Source of the DNA: Eremomyces bilateralis CBS 781.70
Taxonomy: Eukaryota
Assembly (NCBI GenBank): GCA_010015585.1
Contig: ML975160.1
Reading direction: 5' to 3' (one strand)
DNA: 64,000 nucleotides
Below are positions 10,004 through 22,176 of this stretch, one piece after another. Position numbers and translations under genes: made by a program. The notes under the pieces were generated by a model. It was not told the origin of the DNA, made no database searches, and worked only from the letters and a program-made list of their open reading frames with translations. Every line of letters starts with the position of its first letter. The stretch's first letter is position 1.

Positions 10004-12023
10004 TTACGCCCTGCCAAACCCAAACCACCCCCGCTTCGCCGGCTTCGGCTCCTCTGCCTCCGTCTCTTCCTCCCCAGCCTCCTCCACAGGCGCGGCAGCA
10101 GCCGCAACCTCTTCACCCTGACCCGGATAATGTATATAATTCCACGCCAAATCCAGATACAGCGGCTTGACCGGCACCGGACTCAGCTTTGGCGGGTACT
10201 CCACCATCTGGTTTACATCCGGCCCACCAGGTGGATAGGCAGCAAGCCGCTCGATCACCGGGGGCGCGGCGGTGCGGGCCTTGTTGGCTTCGGCGGCTTC
10301 GGTTTCAAGACGGTCTTGGATGTCGGCGAGGCTGTGGAAGCGGAGGACGAGGGATTGGAGGTGGGACTGGAGGGATGTGGATTGCTGAGACGTGAAGGAT
10401 AGCTTAGGAACGTCGGATTCGGAGAGCGAGGATGAGACGGTCGAGGATGCGTTGGTTGAGAGGTCTTTGGCTTGGGAGAGGAGGGCGAGGGCGTTGGTTG
10501 TTGCGGATTGCAAGGAATGCGCATATGCTATGTTCAGGCACCTATGGCTGGTTATTTTATGTTCATTCGAAATTGATCGAGTGGGGACTTACTTCAGGGC
10601 GCGGAAGTACGCCAGCTGCCCTTCCAACTCCTTCAGAAATGTCTGGTCTCGCGCAGCACCCCTCAGCTCCTTGACCGAATCGATGCTCTGCAAGATGCCA
10701 TTGTACAGCACTACTCGCTCTCGGAATCTTGCCAGTGCTCTTCCAGTCCCTTCAGGCTTTTCGACCCATTCCTTACCGTCTTTCCTTGGTCGTCGTGGTC
10801 GCCTGGCTTTCTCCCCTTCCATTTTCAATCCATCATCTAAACCGATAAGCATGCGGTTTCGGCCAACCCGCCATCCAATGAGATCATAGTTGATCGCTAG
10901 GCTCGTCACACGGAGATCCTGCATTCTGGTATCGCCCTCATCGACACCTTCTTTCTCCAGCTCTTCGATCGCATGGCGGACCGTGTCAGCGGCATCTTGA
11001 TTTGCGATGAGAATGTCATCGTACGCGGCTCCGCGCTCCTTGTTCGACGACTGCATCAGATCGGCCAATGCGGACTTCAGCTTCGCCGCTTCGCTTTGAA
11101 CAGTCGCCAATGCTTGCCCAATTGAAGCGTCGGTGATATTCGCTTCCCTGCCACGCCAAGATATGTTGGTGGGGAAATTCTCCGTCGACGTCCTCCCGGC
11201 CAACTCCCTGGGATCCTTCAGCGCATCGGAGTCCAGCTTCTCAATCAGGCCGAGCAGCTGCTCGTTGTCCGCTGGGAAATACCGCCTTGCTACCGCAGCC
11301 ACGGCAGTTTTTCGGGTCCCATGCGCACGGTACGACGCGTATTCCAGACTTGGGTCGATCGTATTCGCAATCAACTCCTTGAACTGCTCATTCTTCGTCG
11401 ACTTGAACAGTGCATTGTAGATGACTCGTGCAGCGGAGAAGTGGGTGAGGCAGGTTTGCCATCGCTCCCTCGAGCCTTGGGCATCGCGATCTCTGCTGCC
11501 TTGGGATTGTTTTTCGAACTCTTCTTCGCCCTTCAACATCAGCACACATGCTTCGGCTTCGAGGACATCTTCATCGGTGGATTTCGTGGCTCCACGGTCA
11601 TGCAATAGCAGAGTTAGGTTGTTCGCACACTTGGCCGCCTTGTTCAATCGAGAAATTATGTGGCTTCGAGCGGAGCCAGTCGGTCCTTTTCCTGAGTTGT
11701 CGGTTGCCTTTTGGGCCTTCAATTGCATGGCATGCGCTCTAGCACGCTCCGCGGTGAGGAGTAGCAGAGTAACGAATCTGGCATATTGTCAGCAAATATT
11801 AAATGGATATACGATCCTTCGCATCATACTCCTTATTCCCACCAATGTCTTCTGCGGTGATATCGGGTCGCTGGACATATTTTGTATTTTTCGAAGACGT
11901 GGTCCATCCCACTCGCTTTCTGACCGAGCGTAGCTGACGAGACAGTTGCGCATGATAAGTGCCATAGTCCCCGGTGAGCAAGGCACTCTCACGGTTGGAG
12001 AGAATAGAATGAGTGATATCCAT
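10004..12023 (-). CDS. SRP68: Signal recognition particle subunit SRP68, 3 exons
   Basis: MDIT...LLTGDYGTYHAQLSRQL, HIISRLNKA, IDPSLEYASY, PVPVKPLYLDLAWNYIHYP, GWFGFGR. Introns 11778-11829 and 10542-10592. Confidence 0.92.
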
Positions 12024-12263
12024 CCTGTGTATCCCAACCTCGCCGAATTCCTGATGCTATGCGATTTGATATTGAATATGTAGTGATGAAGTGACGTTGA
12101 ACGGAAGCTGTGAGTGAGCCGGTTAAAAGTGGGCCCAGTGGCAGGGGTCCTCCATCGTCAAAGTTCGACTGCAACTTCGACCTTTCGCTGTCTCGTCTCT
12201 AGTAAAAGAATCTCACTGCGACCATTTCCTTCCTACCAACCACTTGCTCGATACCGTAATGCT

Positions 12264-14018
12264 ATGCCATCCTCAAAACTTCTTATAGACAGCCTGTGGC
12301 GCTGCCTTTGCCCTTCCTTCGAAGTCTCCAGCCTCCACCACCTCTCCAAGATCACTCCGAGACGCGCTCCCCATTTCAATGCGCTTCCCTCCATATCATC
12401 ATTGCCTTATCTACGATACAAAAGTAATCTGACCGGTACTCTGAACTTCAACCCGAAGTCGTATGCGACCTATAGCTATGACCAGCTCCGCTTACCACAC
12501 GACGATGATTTCTGGACGACTCTACCCACGAAGTCTACGGACCAGCTTTACGAAGACCTCCTATCTCAAGCATCCCGGGGATATATCGAAGACACGGAGC
12601 GACTCGTTAAATACCTGATCAGCGAGCGGGCACAGCAGCCGAACCTGCGATTGTACCGCGCCTTGGTTCTGGCCAACATAAACCCCCCACATGGCTCCGC
12701 GGAGTCGGTGATATCCATTCTTCAGGAACTCGCAGACGAAGGTCTCGAACCGGATGCGGCACTGTGCCACAGTGTGATCAAAGTCCTCGCGGTGCATCCA
12801 GACTTCATTCTTCGAAACGAGGTTCTGGAATACGTCAGTCAACGATGGTACAATTTGCCTTCATCGTATCATTACGATGTGGTGTCAGGCTTGATACGGG
12901 AGGGACAGTTCGAAATGGCCATCAAAAAGCTGGAGGACATGTGGGTCAGGGCAATCCCATTTCCCAACTGGTTACGAGGTATGCTTATCCACAGTCTCTG
13001 CAATGTGGAGGAGATCGAAGAAGCTTTTCGTCAAGTCAAGCTTGCGGAAGAGCAAGCGCCCAATGCGCTTACGGGACCGATCTGGTATCATTTCTTAGAT
13101 GCAGCGAGCAGCATTCACCATTACGATGCCACCCTTCATGCATGGAAGAGGAGGATCAGCACATGGTATCTCAATCCGCCGACAGGAATCTGCTTGAACG
13201 TCCTTGAGACTGCTTCAAGAGCAGGAGACGTCAAGCTCGCTTTGGACGTTTTCCGCGTGCTCGGGAACAGGAAGCATGTCTTCACCGTGGACCAATACGA
13301 TGCTCTCATCGACACCCATATCAAAGAGAAAAACCTCCCTGGGGCGTTTTCCATCATGTGTACCATGGCGAGCGCCGGTGTATCTCCGGATAGGGGGAGC
13401 ACCCGGTCCACATTTACATATATGAAGGAGAGCAAGACGAACTGGAATACCACCATGGGTATGCTTCAATATCTAAAACGGCAGGGAAAAGACATCCCAG
13501 TTGAGGCTGTCAACGTGGTCTTAGAGACTATGGCCTCCAGTGCTCAAATGCTAGGACCCGCCATGGACATCTACAACAACCTTCACGAGCTCTGCAAATT
13601 TGGAGCGAACATCACCACCTTCTCACACCTCTTCCGGTGTTGTCGAACATCTATCAACGCGGACCGAAAGGATACGGCCATGTACCTCGCCTCAGAGATG
13701 ATTGCGCTCAAGGTCACCCCGAATGCCACTGTTTTCGATGATATCATTGGCACCTGCACGAGGACGGGCGACCTAGATTACGCAATCCAATATTATGCGG
13801 AAATGAGGGATGCCAACTTCAAACCGACCGAAGCGACCCTCAACCAGCTAACCGTCGCCTTGGCGAAAAACAAGGACCGACGCTGCTATCAGCTCCTGGA
13901 CGACTTGAAGGCGGATGGTGCAATCATATCCCGATATCTCCGAGAGATCATAGTGATCAACATGCGAGAACCCATGGGAACCGTACCGATCGAAGCGCCG
14001 CAGCTCGCGGCGGCGTAG
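12264..14018 (+). CDS. Pentatricopeptide-repeat protein, probably mitochondrial
   Basis: N-terminal IDSLWRCLCPSF motif of fungal PPR proteins, basic presequence-like start, several ~35-aa helical repeats (e.g. PNATVFDDIIGTCTRTGDLDYAIQYYAEMRDANFKP). Shares a ~240-bp divergent promoter with SRP68. Confidence 0.85.
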   Translation: MPSSKLLIDSLWRCLCPSFEVSSLHHLSKITPRRAPHFNALPSISSLPYLRYKSNLTGTLNFNPKSYATYSYDQLRLPHDDDFWTTLPTKSTDQLYEDLLSQASRGYIEDTERLVKYLISERAQQPNLRLYRALVLANINPPHGSAESVISILQELADEGLEPDAALCHSVIKVLAVHPDFILRNEVLEYVSQRWYNLPSSYHYDVVSGLIREGQFEMAIKKLEDMWVRAIPFPNWLRGMLIHSLCNVEEIEEAFRQVKLAEEQAPNALTGPIWYHFLDAASSIHHYDATLHAWKRRISTWYLNPPTGICLNVLETASRAGDVKLALDVFRVLGNRKHVFTVDQYDALIDTHIKEKNLPGAFSIMCTMASAGVSPDRGSTRSTFTYMKESKTNWNTTMGMLQYLKRQGKDIPVEAVNVVLETMASSAQMLGPAMDIYNNLHELCKFGANITTFSHLFRCCRTSINADRKDTAMYLASEMIALKVTPNATVFDDIIGTCTRTGDLDYAIQYYAEMRDANFKPTEATLNQLTVALAKNKDRRCYQLLDDLKADGAIISRYLREIIVINMREPMGTVPIEAPQLAAA

Positions 14019-14203
14019 AATCGCTGCGTACCTGGAATTTGTGTATTTCAAGAGCGATGTGTAAATGGTTGTACATTAGCGAATCGACATATACCATACA
14101 ATGTGGTCACGCGTTCTTCCGTGAAGGCCCAACCAAAAACCGATATTCAAAACATGTCTGCTATGTGAAACGCTGCAACGAACAAACAAAGCACTCGACC
14201 CCA

Positions 14204-15241
14204 TCACCACATCCTCTGTCTCCCCAGCTCCGGCATCGGCCTCTCTCCCTGATTCCGCCCCGGTACCTCCGCCTCCAACTCCACCGCCCGATCCTCCGTC
14301 CGTGACTGCATTCCGGGCCCAACATGCAAACAATCCGGCAATGGACTCTGCTGCGGACTCGGCCACCCCGCGCTGTTCACCTCCCCAATCCCCAGCCCCG
14401 ACACATACGGCGAGCACGACGAGTACTGGCTCATATGCGGCGTCGCCGCCGGCCTCGACTCCGTTTCATCCCCCTCCGAACCTACCATTGTCCCGGTGAG
14501 CTGGCCGTTTGAGAAGCGGGGTGTCTGTGATGTGGAGGACACAATGAGGGCGGGGGGCGGAGACGTATAGGATTCGGAGGTGGTGGTGGACATGTGTTTC
14601 AGTGGCATGGAGGGGATGACGTCGTTATCGCGCTGGTTGGGGATAGTGTGAGCGGTGTGGGCTCTGCTGTAGGCGTAGGCGCGTTTTCGGTTTCGTCGGA
14701 TGAAGTAGATGATGGCGCAGACTACGAGGAGGAGGAATGAGACGGCCCCGACGACCGAACCGGCGATGATGCGGAGTTTGGAGCCGTTGGCTTTGCCGTT
14801 GGCTGGGTTGCTGGCCTTCGTCGCGGACGGATCGCTAGCTTTCGTCACGGACGGACCCGCGACGGGCACGATCGAGACGCCCGCCGGCAAGAACGCCGCC
14901 GCCTGCGCCGCATTCTGCGATAATTGCCCCGCGCGCAAATCTTTCTTCGGACATCCTTTGGCCTTGCACGGGTCGCTCACGCAGCATCCTACGAAGGGCG
15001 GGTGCGTCCCGGTGCAGGTATACCATTGGCCCACCTGGCAGAACTGGTCGCCCAGTTTGTCGTGCTCTTCCGCGGGGAAACTCGCGGGTTCGAGGGCGCC
15101 GTCGGGGCAGCCTTTCGCGCATGGATCGGTTCGACAGCAGCCGACAAAGTGGGAGCTATCTTTCTCGTAGCAGACGTGCCAGGAGGAGCCTTGAACGGGG
15201 CAGGAGAAGTCGACTGTGCGGGGGGAGAATTGAAAGTACAT
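14204..15241 (-). CDS. Single-pass membrane protein with two Cys-rich repeats, function unknown
   Basis: Two repeats C..G.W..C....FVGCC..DPC...GC; TM helix IIAGSVVGAVSFLLLVVCAIIYFI followed by RRNRKR; S/T/P-rich tail with VELEA. Confidence 0.75.
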   Translation of the reverse strand: MYFQFSPRTVDFSCPVQGSSWHVCYEKDSSHFVGCCRTDPCAKGCPDGALEPASFPAEEHDKLGDQFCQVGQWYTCTGTHPPFVGCCVSDPCKAKGCPKKDLRAGQLSQNAAQAAAFLPAGVSIVPVAGPSVTKASDPSATKASNPANGKANGSKLRIIAGSVVGAVSFLLLVVCAIIYFIRRNRKRAYAYSRAHTAHTIPNQRDNDVIPSMPLKHMSTTTSESYTSPPPALIVSSTSQTPRFSNGQLTGTMVGSEGDETESRPAATPHMSQYSSCSPYVSGLGIGEVNSAGWPSPQQSPLPDCLHVGPGMQSRTEDRAVELEAEVPGRNQGERPMPELGRQRMW

Positions 15242-16179
15242 TGTGAGTATTAAAATAGGGAAGCATTAAAATAGTGAAGCATGAGAGATATGAACGAGCA
15301 GTGGAATAGAATGGCGATAGTATGGCATCAAACATTAAGACGTGAACGAAAAGGAAAAATGGACGACATTCCCGTGGGAGACAGAGATGAGGCTGGGTTT
15401 GTCAAATTTCCACGCCGCATTCCCATCTATACAGTAAATACGAGCAGCAGAGAGGACTGAGCACCGGGGATTGGCATCGTTCCCAACGAGCAGCCTCTAC
15501 GGAGGTATGCGATGCCAAACTGACACCGAGCTGCAACCCAACGCCGAGCCTGCGGATACCGATCAATAATAGATATGGAGCCTTATAGGATCAATATCTG
15601 ACGTTAGGTGGGATTGGTGATTCTGTGCCATTGTCCCCTTGGGATTAGTGGGTTTTAACCAGTCTGAGAATTCGAGAAGCCTAGACATGGGCTTCAACCA
15701 AACTGTATTCAATTTCCCCTCGTTTGGTTGGGCCGCGATGTTCTCTTGTAACTGATTAATCGTAACAAGTAGCCCATGTCGCTAGTTATCGATTCTCACG
15801 TAAGATAAGTCCGGCAAGGGACCGCCGGCCTGAATTCCAGTGGCACATTATTGATTCCTTCCGTCTGCGCACGCACGCACTGTGCCACGCGGGTATGCAA
15901 GCAGCAACTTTGAGCCTCGTTGGGAGGTTAATTTAACCATTGTGTTGCGCGAGATGCAGGTGTGAATGGGTGATGATGCGGTGGCGTGGCCGGAGGCGGC
16001 AGGGTAGGCGGCTGTGTGAAACAGCGCGGCACAGCAAGGCCGGTTGGGGAATCGATGGGGGATTTTGACGCGGCTGGAAACAGGGATGGGACGGGATGGT
16101 TTAGTGCGGAGAGACTGAGGAGTTGGCGTTAATTTGAAATTTTGGGTTTGGGGTATGGATATCATGGTCTTCTCGATTG

Positions 16180-19100
16180 TTATGGGTGGGAGACGTCAGA
16201 CATGTCGACATTTATCGCCGCACCTCTAATTCCTGCAAATGAGGCTGGGCCGGCGTTCCCTGAGCTCGGGCCTTCATCCTCTTCATCACTATTCGGCGCC
16301 TGTCCATACCGACTCAAAAATTCCGGCCAATCCGTCTCTTCATCCAACTCCTCCACGCCATCCGCCAACCTATCCCCCTCCTTCCACCCCCTCCAACCCC
16401 CCAGCGCAAACAAGTGCCTCATCGTCGGCCGTCCATGGGGACAATTCCACGGCTTGTCAATCTCCCCCATATGCCGCACGACCATCCTCATCTTCGGCAT
16501 CGTCAGCTCATCCCCGACCATAATCGACCCACGGCATGCCCGCATCGCGAACATCCTCCGCACTTTGCTCGGGCGCGGGACGTCGGACCCGACGGCTTGT
16601 TCGTCGACCAACGCGATCAGCTCTTCGAGGTCGCGGATGTCGAATTTCGTGTCGCGGCTCATGGGCAGGCTGAGCAGGCTGCAGCGTTGGCCGACGGGGT
16701 GTGCGCCAGAAGTGTCGATGTCGAGGGTAAAGCCATTCTTTTGGAAGGGGGCCGGGCGGTTGAGGATGGTTTCTTCTTCGATGGCCGTGAGTTCGAGGCG
16801 GCGAGGCTGAACGAGGCGTTGGTTTTGGACGATGGTTTCGGCTTGGAGGCGCTCGAAGTTGAATTTTTCATCCGAGGCATGCTGATCGATGATGAACAGC
16901 TCGTCCCCGTCTTGACTCTGTGACTTTTCATTCGTTGCATGGTCTGGCCTGGTCGCGAGGATGAAGCCTTTGTTGAACTGGCCGACTACTCGCATCCGGG
17001 TAAAATCCGCCTTCGAGACAGTTAGAGATAGACGCTCCTCTGCCTTTCGGTCCTCCACATCCAGGAGTGATCCAGCCTCGGAGGTTCCGTCACTCTCAAT
17101 AAGCGAGACGTCTGAGATATCCCTCAGTCGACGCTCAATTGCAGAGAGATTGACTTTCACCGACTTCTGTAAGTGGAATGTCGAGGTTTTGGTGGGTCTA
17201 GGCGTCAGGGCTTTGGCCGTCCGCTTCAAATTCTCATCTGTTGGTCTCGAAGAATGCTTTTCGGCTTCTGCAATTAGCCGCGCGACGCGTGCGTCTTCTT
17301 TTGCTTGGTGCTTTCTGGCAGCCTCGCCTTCATCGATGTATTCATCATCGGATTCTCCGCGCAATGGCTCGTCTGCGGGTAGTTCGCTTTCACTGGCTTC
17401 ACCTATATTGGGGCCGTCCCTAGGGACGCGGCTCTCTTCAGCCAAGTTTCCTTGCGATTCTTCCAGAGCTTCCTCATTCTCATTGACGGTATCACGATCT
17501 GGAGAATCCGCGACACGTTCCAAATCCGATTCAGCTGGTTCTGACGAGACTGCAGGGCTGCCCGCTTGACTCTCTTCATCTTCGCTTTCATCCATCTGGC
17601 TTGCTATAGGATGGTAGGTGTCTTCCCCGGCCGACCGGATCGCAGCAAACAGTGCAAGTCCGGACTTGAATTCCCGAGCTGACTTCTTTGATACAGTAGG
17701 ACGCTCAGTCGACTTCGCCTTTGCAATTTTTCCTTGCTTATGCGGTGTTGATCCAATTGGCACTTGGGTAGTCTCATCACCAATCGTGACAGTGGCAATG
17801 TCGGGCGAGCGTCTCTTGAACCGCATACGATCGAAAGCACTCTGCACAACCCCAGGTTGAGAACGTCGAGGAGTTGTGGTGGTGGATGGAATCTCCTCCT
17901 GTTCTGAATCGTGGGGTGAAGCTGGTGGCTCCTCCGCTCCTTCAGGAATGAACAGAGGACTTCCGTGGGCCGCAGGTTCACGTTCCTGGCCCTCCGTATC
18001 CGAAAGATCGACTTGCGCTGAATGGCCGTCATCTGTAGGAGATTGAGCCGCGAATGCCTTAGATACCTTTCTCTTTTTGTTTGAAACATGAGGTACAGCA
18101 AGAGATTTGGCACCCGCAGAGTCGTTACGCACGTTGGCCAGCCGTGATGCGAACTTCTGGATTAGGTTGTTGGGGGTTCCGACAGTGCTTGAGGTGTCCG
18201 CTAACTCCACCGTTGATGATGGGTCGTTGTCAGCGGCACGGCTACCACCATTGCCGTAGTATGGTGAAGATTGTTCATCAATTGGCCGCTTTGGCCCTGT
18301 GACTGTATTCGCAAAAGCTGGGTACTGCCGCAAGGGCGTTTGGGTTTTCTGTAGCAGCTGCGCTTGCGGCATCGTTTGATCCTGTGCGCCGAACATTTCC
18401 ACCAATGCCGTTTTCAAGGATTCCAGGAGCTCCCCTTGGTCGTGCAACATAATGGTTCGCTTATCAGGAGACACATTGACATCGTAAGAGCCGGTATCCA
18501 TCTTCAAGTTCGCAAAGATGAAAGGTGATTGGGACATATTGAAGGATTTATACACCTCGTTGAACGCCTTCGAGACCTGTGGAAGACCACAGGGACGAGA
18601 GTTCACGAAGAACATCTGGCGATCTGGCAGCTGTCTGCCTTCGCCGGATGCAGGGCGAGAGATGTGGCCTTCAATGATGACCTGCCGTTCTGCGGGCCCG
18701 TTCTGCGCAAATTTCGCAGCAATACTAGAGGATGACTCCATCTCGAGCTGGAGATCAAGTGGTACGAGAGCAAGTAATGTCTTCGCACCATAGATATTGG
18801 CAATATTTTCTCTCGTAGTCGGATTAGATTTCGTAGAGAAGACAACCGTTTTCTTCCTATGCAACGGTCTCAGTAACAGTATCAGGGAGGTCGGGTTGTC
18901 CTCACTTACCCTTTCTTATCTATATTGCTCACGGAGAATCGAACGCCGGTGCTAATACACGCATATGCATGCAATATCCCAAGAACCTTCCCATATTCCC
19001 TTTTGATATTCTTTTCTAGTTCCCTGCGTCGAACTGGATAGTTGTAAAAGATATTGCTGACGGCAACAGCCGTGCCTTTCGTGCTGGCTATAGTCGATTT

Positions 19101-19649
19101 GTTCCCGAGTCGACCGCTGATTTCAAATTCGAGCTTCGATCCCTTGGGAGCATCCTCCGCTCGTGTAGTTATGATACTGAGTTTGGATAGGGCCGACAAA
19201 GAGGAGAGTGCTTCGCCACGAAAACCGAAGGTGTCGAGGGATTCGAGGTCGTCATAGCTTGTGAGCTTCGAGGTGTAGTGCTTGAGGGCTTAGTTTGATG
19301 TTAGCCGTCATGTGCTAATATATTTCCATGCGATGCATACCAAGGCTCTCAAAGTCTTCTGGACCAATCCCGGACCCATTGTCTTGTACTTCGATCGCGT
19401 CTAGGCCTTGGTTCTTAAGCCGAACGTCTAAATCTGTTAGTATCTCGAACGCGGCTGGTCTCACTCGTCTTACCAATTGAAGTAGCGCCAGCATCCAGAC
19501 TATTCTCAACCAGTTCTTTGACTACCGAGCAAAGGTCGACTATAACCTGTCCCGACTGTATTTGGTGGATCTACTGACATTAGACATGATGTTGAAAATC
19601 GTGGCAACCGACTTACGGATCTGCCCTCAATCGGCTTGATTGTAGCCAT
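16180..19649 (-). CDS. PMS1: MutL-family mismatch repair endonuclease PMS1 (PMS2-like), multi-exon
   Basis: [80 protein letters not shown]. First intron 19571-19616, further introns near 19425-19475, 19290-19340 and 18860-18910. Confidence 0.96.
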
Positions 19650-19760
19650 CTCATCCCATATCCGTAATTAACAATCGATGCGAGATTCACCGTACCGCGG
19701 AGTACGGAAATTCAGATGGGACTTCCTTGGGATTTGTTGGAGCGGGTTGGTTGAAGTCGA

Positions 19761-19810
19761 AACGCGACGTCCGACAAATGACGCGTAGATGGAAACGCGA
19801 AATCACGTGA
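19761..19810. promoter_or_regulatory. MCB/SCB-like cluster upstream of PMS1
   Basis: AACGCGA (19761), ACGCGT (19781-19786), AACGCGAAA (19794-19802) and TCACGTGA, 110-160 bp upstream of the ATG. Confidence 0.55.
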
Positions 19811-20010
19811 AATTCCAGTTCTGTGACATATGGTACCTGCAGGGTTCTATTGTATGCGGAAACCACATTGCTTCCAGCTACTATCAATATCTTTACGGAA
19901 CCACGTTCGTTCCCTATGTGCCCTACATTCTCATACTCGCCTGATTTAGAGTTATAATTTGATATCTATATTAATATAGAAAGTCTGCGTTGAGTCCGGT
20001 CGAAAGTTTT

Positions 20011-20484
20011 TCATTTTCGACTTGTAATGCAGACGATGGTCTTGTTCCCCTGGGCAACAGTCTGATGCATGAAGGAGTAGCTGACTATTCCATAGCCCTC
20101 TGAAATTCTCATTTGCACAAATTTACCTTATCTATAGTCGCAAGAGCCATCCAATGCCTTCCAACCTACGAGTGTCTCGCCCCAGGCGGCATGGACTTGA
20201 GGCCATACCATGTCATAGTGCTTATCATTGCGGGGGAGCCTTAGTTGCGCTGGTTTTCGATTCCGCCACTGGCCTTTGTAGAAGTATGAATACGTGATTG
20301 ATTGATTTGTCTAGGAGTAGGGAGATCTGGAGGAATAGGAGGTGACTTCACACGATACTAGCCGTATTGGGATGTCACCTCTCCCAACCTTAAGAGGGGA
20401 TGGTCGATATCCAACAGCCCTGTGGGGGCACTACATATGGCCGTTCCTAGAGCAAGAGGATAGCCATGAACAGAGCGTATCCAT
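20011..20484 (-). pseudogene. Putative decayed small (secreted?) protein gene
   Basis: TATAAAA at 20538-20544 on the minus strand, CA-rich leader, ATG 20484, 158-codon frame with 3 internal stops. Hydrophobic YALFMAILLL / GTAICSAPT read in shifted frames at the start. Confidence 0.35.
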
Positions 20485-20899
20485 TTGTCTTGAAGGCACT
20501 TAGGTTAGATGAGGAGTATGGTTAAGAGCTGGGACTGTTTTATAGATGCCCAACGGACTCGAAGGGCGAACTATCTTAATTACTCTGTGTCTCGATCAGA
20601 AAAGAAAAGATCGCGGGGATCTGGAAGCTTAATTAGCTGGCTGACCGCAGAGCCCTATTTGAGACGCAGAACTAGAGCCGCTTCGGGCTCCATGAATACG
20701 GATTAAGATCATTTGTCTAGTGATTGGCCAGCCCACCTATTGCTCAAGGCTGGTAAGATTTTCCTACCCGAGTTTGGGATTTTCCCACCAAATGAGATTG
20801 GCTGGTGAGATTTTCCCCCCGTTGAAATTTTTCCTAAAGTTTATCTCGCATCTTGAGAGGGTTATTGTCAGAAATTCCACTGAATTGACTGATTTAGTA

Positions 20900-21420
20900 A
20901 TGGTAGCTCCGTAGTGCCATGAGCGCCGAGGCCTCGTGTTTCTGAAGGCCGTCGTACCGGTTAAGGCACTGGGTTTCCCACGGGTCCTTCCATGTCCTTG
21001 CTCTCCTTCCTGGTTTGGCCGCTTCGGCTTGCCATCTCTCCCTCCATTTCGCCCGATACTCGTCCTGGATCATCCGGTGCGGGCCTTTTCGCTGTTGTGT
21101 CTGATATCCCCTAGCTGGTTCGGGCCGGGGGAACAGAAGTTTGTCATATTGGGTCCGGAGAGTACATATTGCGGGTTCGTGTTTAGACCGGACACGGCGG
21201 GGTCGGCCTCGAGTTCGTCTCGGGGGAGCAGAAGCAGCATCCCAGACTTGCGTCAGGGCTCCCTCAATCTGGGTAGTGACCTTATGGGAGGTCGTCGATG
21301 CTGCTCTTTGAGCGGCCCGTTCTTGGACGTACAGTTCGATTGGGGGAACGTCCGCCTCTTTCTCAAGCGCGGCGATTGGTGTCCGTTTGTAAGCCCCTAG
21401 GATCGTTCTATAGCAAACTA
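20900..21420 (-). mobile_element. Internal fragment of a fungal non-LTR retrotransposon (Tad1/I-like ORF2, post-RT region)
   Basis: CYRTILGAYKRTPIAALEKEADVPPIEL, WRERW and YDGLQKHEASALMALR resemble the region just after RT in fungal LINEs. Truncated at both ends; no TSD or tail found. Confidence 0.75.
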
Positions 21421-21583
21421 TTAAGCATGAGTAAGCGCCGGAGATAACGATGTCCAATATTAATGTTTTGTTCAGACACCACCATGGACAAAATCACCAT
21501 GTGGATGCCCTGCCACCATCCACCATATACGATAAATAGAGTTAAACTTAGTTAATGCTAGTTAGTTACCATAGGTTTAGTTA

Positions 21584-21817
21584 ATGTAATCCATCACAGA
21601 GCTAGCCAAACCACGGAGTTAGCCACCTCACCACCAATAACGATCATCGCCGTTTTTCCCGATGTCTCGACAAAAACAAGTTTCATTGCCTTCAAACGAA
21701 GGTAATATGAATTTAGCTAAAGTGGCTATCGAACAAGACTAAGTTCGATCAAATCGAGCTGCTGTATAGTTGAAGTGGCCTACCCGGTGGTTTGGCTAGC
21801 TCGGTGGCGGATTATGT
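21584..21817. mobile_element. Non-autonomous Fot1/pogo-type MITE (234 bp)
   Basis: 47-bp TIRs (21584-21630, 21771-21817) match at 37/47. TA on both flanks (21582-83, 21818-19). Termini ATGT/ACAT each differ by one transition from ACGT. Confidence 0.8.
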
Positions 21818-22176
21818 TAGTTAGTGTTACTGCTACCATGCTAGTTCTTACCTAAACTCAACATTGTCACGTATCCCTCTACGAGGATCGCAAGGTAGTG
21901 AATAGAGGGGATGAACAAGACTCTTCCCCAATTCTAGTAACTAGCGAGCATCGTGGCAATTCGAGGTGTTCACCAGCAAGCTTTCTTTCAGATCTGATCG
22001 TCAATAAGGCGAGACATTAATAAGGTTTAAGACACGGTTCCGCAAACCCAAGCTCCTACCCAGCGCCAACAGCGTCTAATCCAAGAAATACGACCAGCTA
22101 ATGCAATCTCCCTTCAAATCCCTCATCTCCAAATCACGTTCTTAAATCCCCTTAAATTCAACTTCACACTTTCCCC

